Below are positions 60,105 to 64,000 of a stretch of 64,000 nt of DNA, in pieces; positions within the stretch are counted from its first letter, which is position 1, and every line of letters starts with the position of its first letter. Both the position numbers and the translations under genes were made by a program. A model generated the notes under the pieces. That model was not told the DNA's origin. It worked only from the letters and a program-made list of their open reading frames with translations, and searched no databases. Source of the DNA: the human T2T-CHM13v2.0 reference genome, Homo sapiens; the NCBI RefSeq assembly GCF_009914755.1, contig NC_060938.1. The stretch is one strand, 5' to 3'.

Positions 60105-60480
60105 TGCAGTGGGTGCAACTGACTGCGGCCAGTTGTCACCACCTGTGACATTTACCAAGACAATTTTGGGTAAAAAAGGCAGATTTATTGGAGAAAGTAC
60201 AAAGATACCTTGCAAGAAAGCAATGCGCAGGACAATGGGCTGTCTACCAAGAGGCAGGAGCTAGAGGGAAGTTTTATAGGGTCATACTGGAGGGGCTATG
60301 TCCAGATAAGTTGTGCAGATAAGGTCCTGCTGCTAGGGCTATGTCCAGAAACTAGGTATTTGGGAACATGATGTTCTGTCAGTCGGTTGTCTGTGATAAG
60401 CCATCTCCTCTCTCAGAACAATTGTTCTCCCCAATCTGGGGCCCCTTCTTCATTCTTGCTTATCTTATTAGGACTCCACA
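60105..60480 (-). mobile_element. ERVL-like solo LTR (family unassigned), ~376 bp
   Basis: TG...CA termini, antisense aataaa (tttatt), near-perfect 5-bp TSD ttagc/ttaac, nested in the MIR tail. Confidence 0.6.
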
Positions 60481-62609
60481 TTAACTATTGTTGTTATTAT
60501 CATACACAGACTATCTCTGAAAGGTTATATAAGATATAGATACCAGCCATAACCTCTGCAAAAAGATACAAAGAGACTAGGGAGCCGGAAAGCAAAGATA
60601 GAGGAGTGGGCTTACTTTTCCCTACATATGAATTTACTCTATTGAATATTTTAAAATCACCTGTGTTTTACCATCAAAAAAATAAAATAAAACAAGCATC
60701 AATATTTACAAATGAAGAACTGAGGTTCCAACTTTACGATTGACTTTCCTAATTCAATTGGCTATTTGACTTCCCTAATAGTTAAGTTAGATTTGAGCCA
60801 GGGATTTGAACTACAAAAACCGTGTTTTTTCTAGTCTACCACCTTATATAGAGAGATATGACAGAGGGGAGAGATGAGAGGTGTGTGGGTGGGTGGGTGA
60901 GGGTGGAGGAGGTGGTACTGGATATTACTGAAAAACTTTTGATGATATTGAATTCTTTCCCTGAGTTCTGTAGATTTTGGCACTGGTCTCTTGTTTCTTC
61001 TATTTCTACTGTGAGTAAACAACCATTCCCAATCCTCCAGTTCTAACTTGAATTTCAGTGGACTAGGCTGAGTGGATGTACAAGGGCAAACCTGCATGGG
61101 GTGTAGGGAAATATAAATAGATTGGCACTGTGGAAGTCAGCATATGTTTGCTTGGCACCCAACCCTCCTATGCCTTTCATTTGCTGAATATTAAGCATCT
61201 CATTTTTATCTGTCCTCTTTTTGATGGAATGGACATGCAAATTTTTCAAACCTACACACCCTCTTCTTTCTCTTGGACAAAGGGAGTAATTTTACTATGA
61301 ATCCATCATGTGTCCCAAGGAGGCAAACTCAAAATTTGTCTGCAAAAAGCCTTTCATTCATTTCTTTTCATGTAAGAAACAAAATTGGCAACTATTTTTT
61401 CATAGCTTGTAAATTCCAAGAAACTTAGTATCTTTTCTTTTCACTTGCTCTGCAGCCAAAAGCATATTGTTCAGCATTGCGAATTCACAATACTCACTGC
61501 TCCTCAGTCCTGGCTACAACATAATTTTGAAAAGTTTATGCAGGGACCATCCGAGTAATAAATCACAGAGGAGGACTGCTTTAACTGTTCACCCCTTAGC
61601 TACTGCCTGAATGAGCTCCATGCTTTATCATCTCAGAAGGAAGCTGTCTCAAATGCATGCTTCATTTTATTATCCAATTGTAACCCATCTAGATAAATTT
61701 AACTTCCTATAGATTTGCTGCCTCTTAGTATTCATATCTTCTCCAGACTTTTCATTAATATTATGATACTTGGATAGGAGTATTCCCCTCCCTTTCCTTT
61801 ATAATGTAACAGCTTTAAATTGACATTTGGTGAATGTATCATCATTGCTATTCAAATTAGGTCAGTGTTTTTATTTCATTATGCTGGAAGTCCTCTTAGC
61901 TGCGAAATCAAGTTTGAATGTCTGTTACCTGAAGCAATGCTTCTGGCAAATGTTTCTTAGAGGTTTTTGCAAGCCAGAAATTGTCAGGCACCTCCCCCAC
62001 TCCCACTTCTTATTTCTATGTGGTTTGGTTCATATAACCATTTAACATATTTTTATAAAGCGGTAGTTGAATAGAGTATAAAATAGGAAAAAATTAATCA
62101 TCTGCCCTTTAAGAGGTTTCTGTCCACTGTGTGGGTGTTGGAGAGGGAGGTGGGGGAAGAGAGGGGAAGGGAGGCAGATATGCAAACAAAAATCATACTA
62201 TGCCATGGTTTTGGTACAGTCAGTTAATGTCTAGGATATAATGGAAACGTGGGAAAAGGAGCCTCTTGACGTTTACTAAGACTTGAGAATGAGTTTTTTT
62301 CTTAATAATCTATAAATTGAAATCCACTCTTTCTAAATGTGCCTTTGGCACTGTTCTTTTGAATTAGGAAATACAGAAAAACAGTTAAATTTGGTTGAAC
62401 GATACAGGAAGTACTCAGAAAAGGCAACCATCTTACCCCAGGAGAGATCAAAAGACATTCACAGATTATGTTAACCCAAAGTTTTGGCCTCATTTCTCAA
62501 GGAAGGGGCTACATCTTTTAGACCACGGGCATTTTTCCCCAGTTTTGAAACTGTGAAGGTGTTTAGGACCTGAGAGATTATTAATAACAGGTTTCAATGC
62601 CTGACACTC

Positions 62610-62830
62610 TTGGACTTAAATGTTCACCTACACTCAATCTGATCATGGACAAACTACTTAATCTCACTGAGCCCATGTCCTCATCCATAAAATGAGGGTG
62701 ATAATAGTTCCACGTTTTAGTATTGTTAGGATGATTAAATAAAATAATGCATGTAAGTAAAATAACCCAGCTATTGGAACAATCGCTGCTGTATAATAAA
62801 CCATCAATAATTCTTAGCTTTTGCTATCAT
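62610..62830 (+). mobile_element. MIR SINE
   Basis: cttaatctcactgagcc...cctcatccataaaatgagggtgataatag...gatgattaaat. Confidence 0.75.
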
Positions 62831-62960
62831 TCTTGCTACTGTTAATTAGTTAGTGGTTCTCACTTTTTTCTAGAAATTGCTCTACCTCTGTTTCTCAACT
62901 GAGATATTATAGTTTAAGACTTTGATTATGATAACTAGATGATAATTTAGATGGTGTCTT

Positions 62961-63359
62961 TTTTTTTATTATACTTTAAGTTTTAGGGTACATGTGCACA
63001 TTGTGCAGGTTAGTTACATATGTATACATGTGCCATGCTGGTGTGCTGCACCCACTAACTCGTCATCTAGCATTAGGTATATCTCCCAATGCTATCCTTC
63101 CCCCCCCCCCCCCACCCCACCACAGTCCCCAGAGTGTGATATTCCCCTTCCTGTGTCCATGTGATCTCATTGTTCAATTCCCACCTATGAGTGAGAATAT
63201 GTGGTGTTTGGTTTTTTGTTCTTGCGATAGTTTACTGAGAATGATGATTTCCAATTTCATCCATGTCCCTACAAAGGACATGAACTCATCATTTTTTATG
63301 GCTGCATAGTATTCCATGGTGTATATGTGCCACATTTTCTTAATCCAGTCTATCATTGT
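62961..63359 (-). mobile_element. L1PA2-like 5'-truncated insertion (~400 bp)
   Basis: gtgcacattgtgcagg...cccactaactcgtcatctagc (GAG type, not L1HS-Ta ACA); 13-bp TSD tagatggtgtctt at 62948-62960 and 63359-63371. Confidence 0.93.
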
Positions 63360-63413
63360 AGATGGTGTCTTGATCAGCAATCTATGCTTTGAGTGTTTTT
63401 TGTTAAGTGGCTA

Positions 63414-63585
63414 ATGCAGTTTGCATATTTGTCCCACTAAATCTCAAGTTAAATGTAATCCTCAGTGTTGGAGGTGGGGCCTGGTGGGAGGTGTTAGAGT
63501 CATGGGCTGAGCACTCAGACTTGGGCACCATCCTTGTGACAGTGAGTGAGTTCTCACAAGGTTTGGCTGTTTAAAAGTGTGTGGC
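63414..63585 (+). mobile_element. MST-family MaLR LTR 5' part (interrupted)
   Basis: aaatctcaagttaaatgtaatcctcagtgttggaggtggggcctggtgggaggtg...gtttaaaagtgtgtggc. Confidence 0.8.

Positions 63586-64000
<415 letters not shown>

Overview
Human (primate) non-coding DNA, AT-rich and CpG-poor, most likely the inside of a large intron or an intergenic interval. I cannot name the locus. An AluYb8 element, a human-specific subfamily, points to human origin. No host protein-coding exon is recognisable: the supplied ORFs are short or derived from Alu, L1 or low-complexity sequence. The window holds about 18 Alu elements or fragments, several L1 pieces (one a classic twin-primed 5'-inverted insertion), solo LTRs (LTR8, MST, MLT1, MER39-like, one ERVL-like), DNA-transposon relics (MER58A with nested MER45, MER5A, MADE1, MER33, MER81-like), MIR/L2 fossils and microsatellites. 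The most unusual signal is local DNA copied into retroelements. A 544-bp, ~98%-identical inverted copy of 36719-37261 splits an Alu at 37681-38224, making a large hairpin-capable or invertible cassette. An exact 30-bp copy of a decayed MER45 segment (7322-7351) sits inside an L1 3'UTR at 5930-5959. Weaker signatures of the same kind occur at 7863, 45205 and 58063. Repeat family names come from recalled consensus sequences, not a database search, and boundaries of old elements are approximate.
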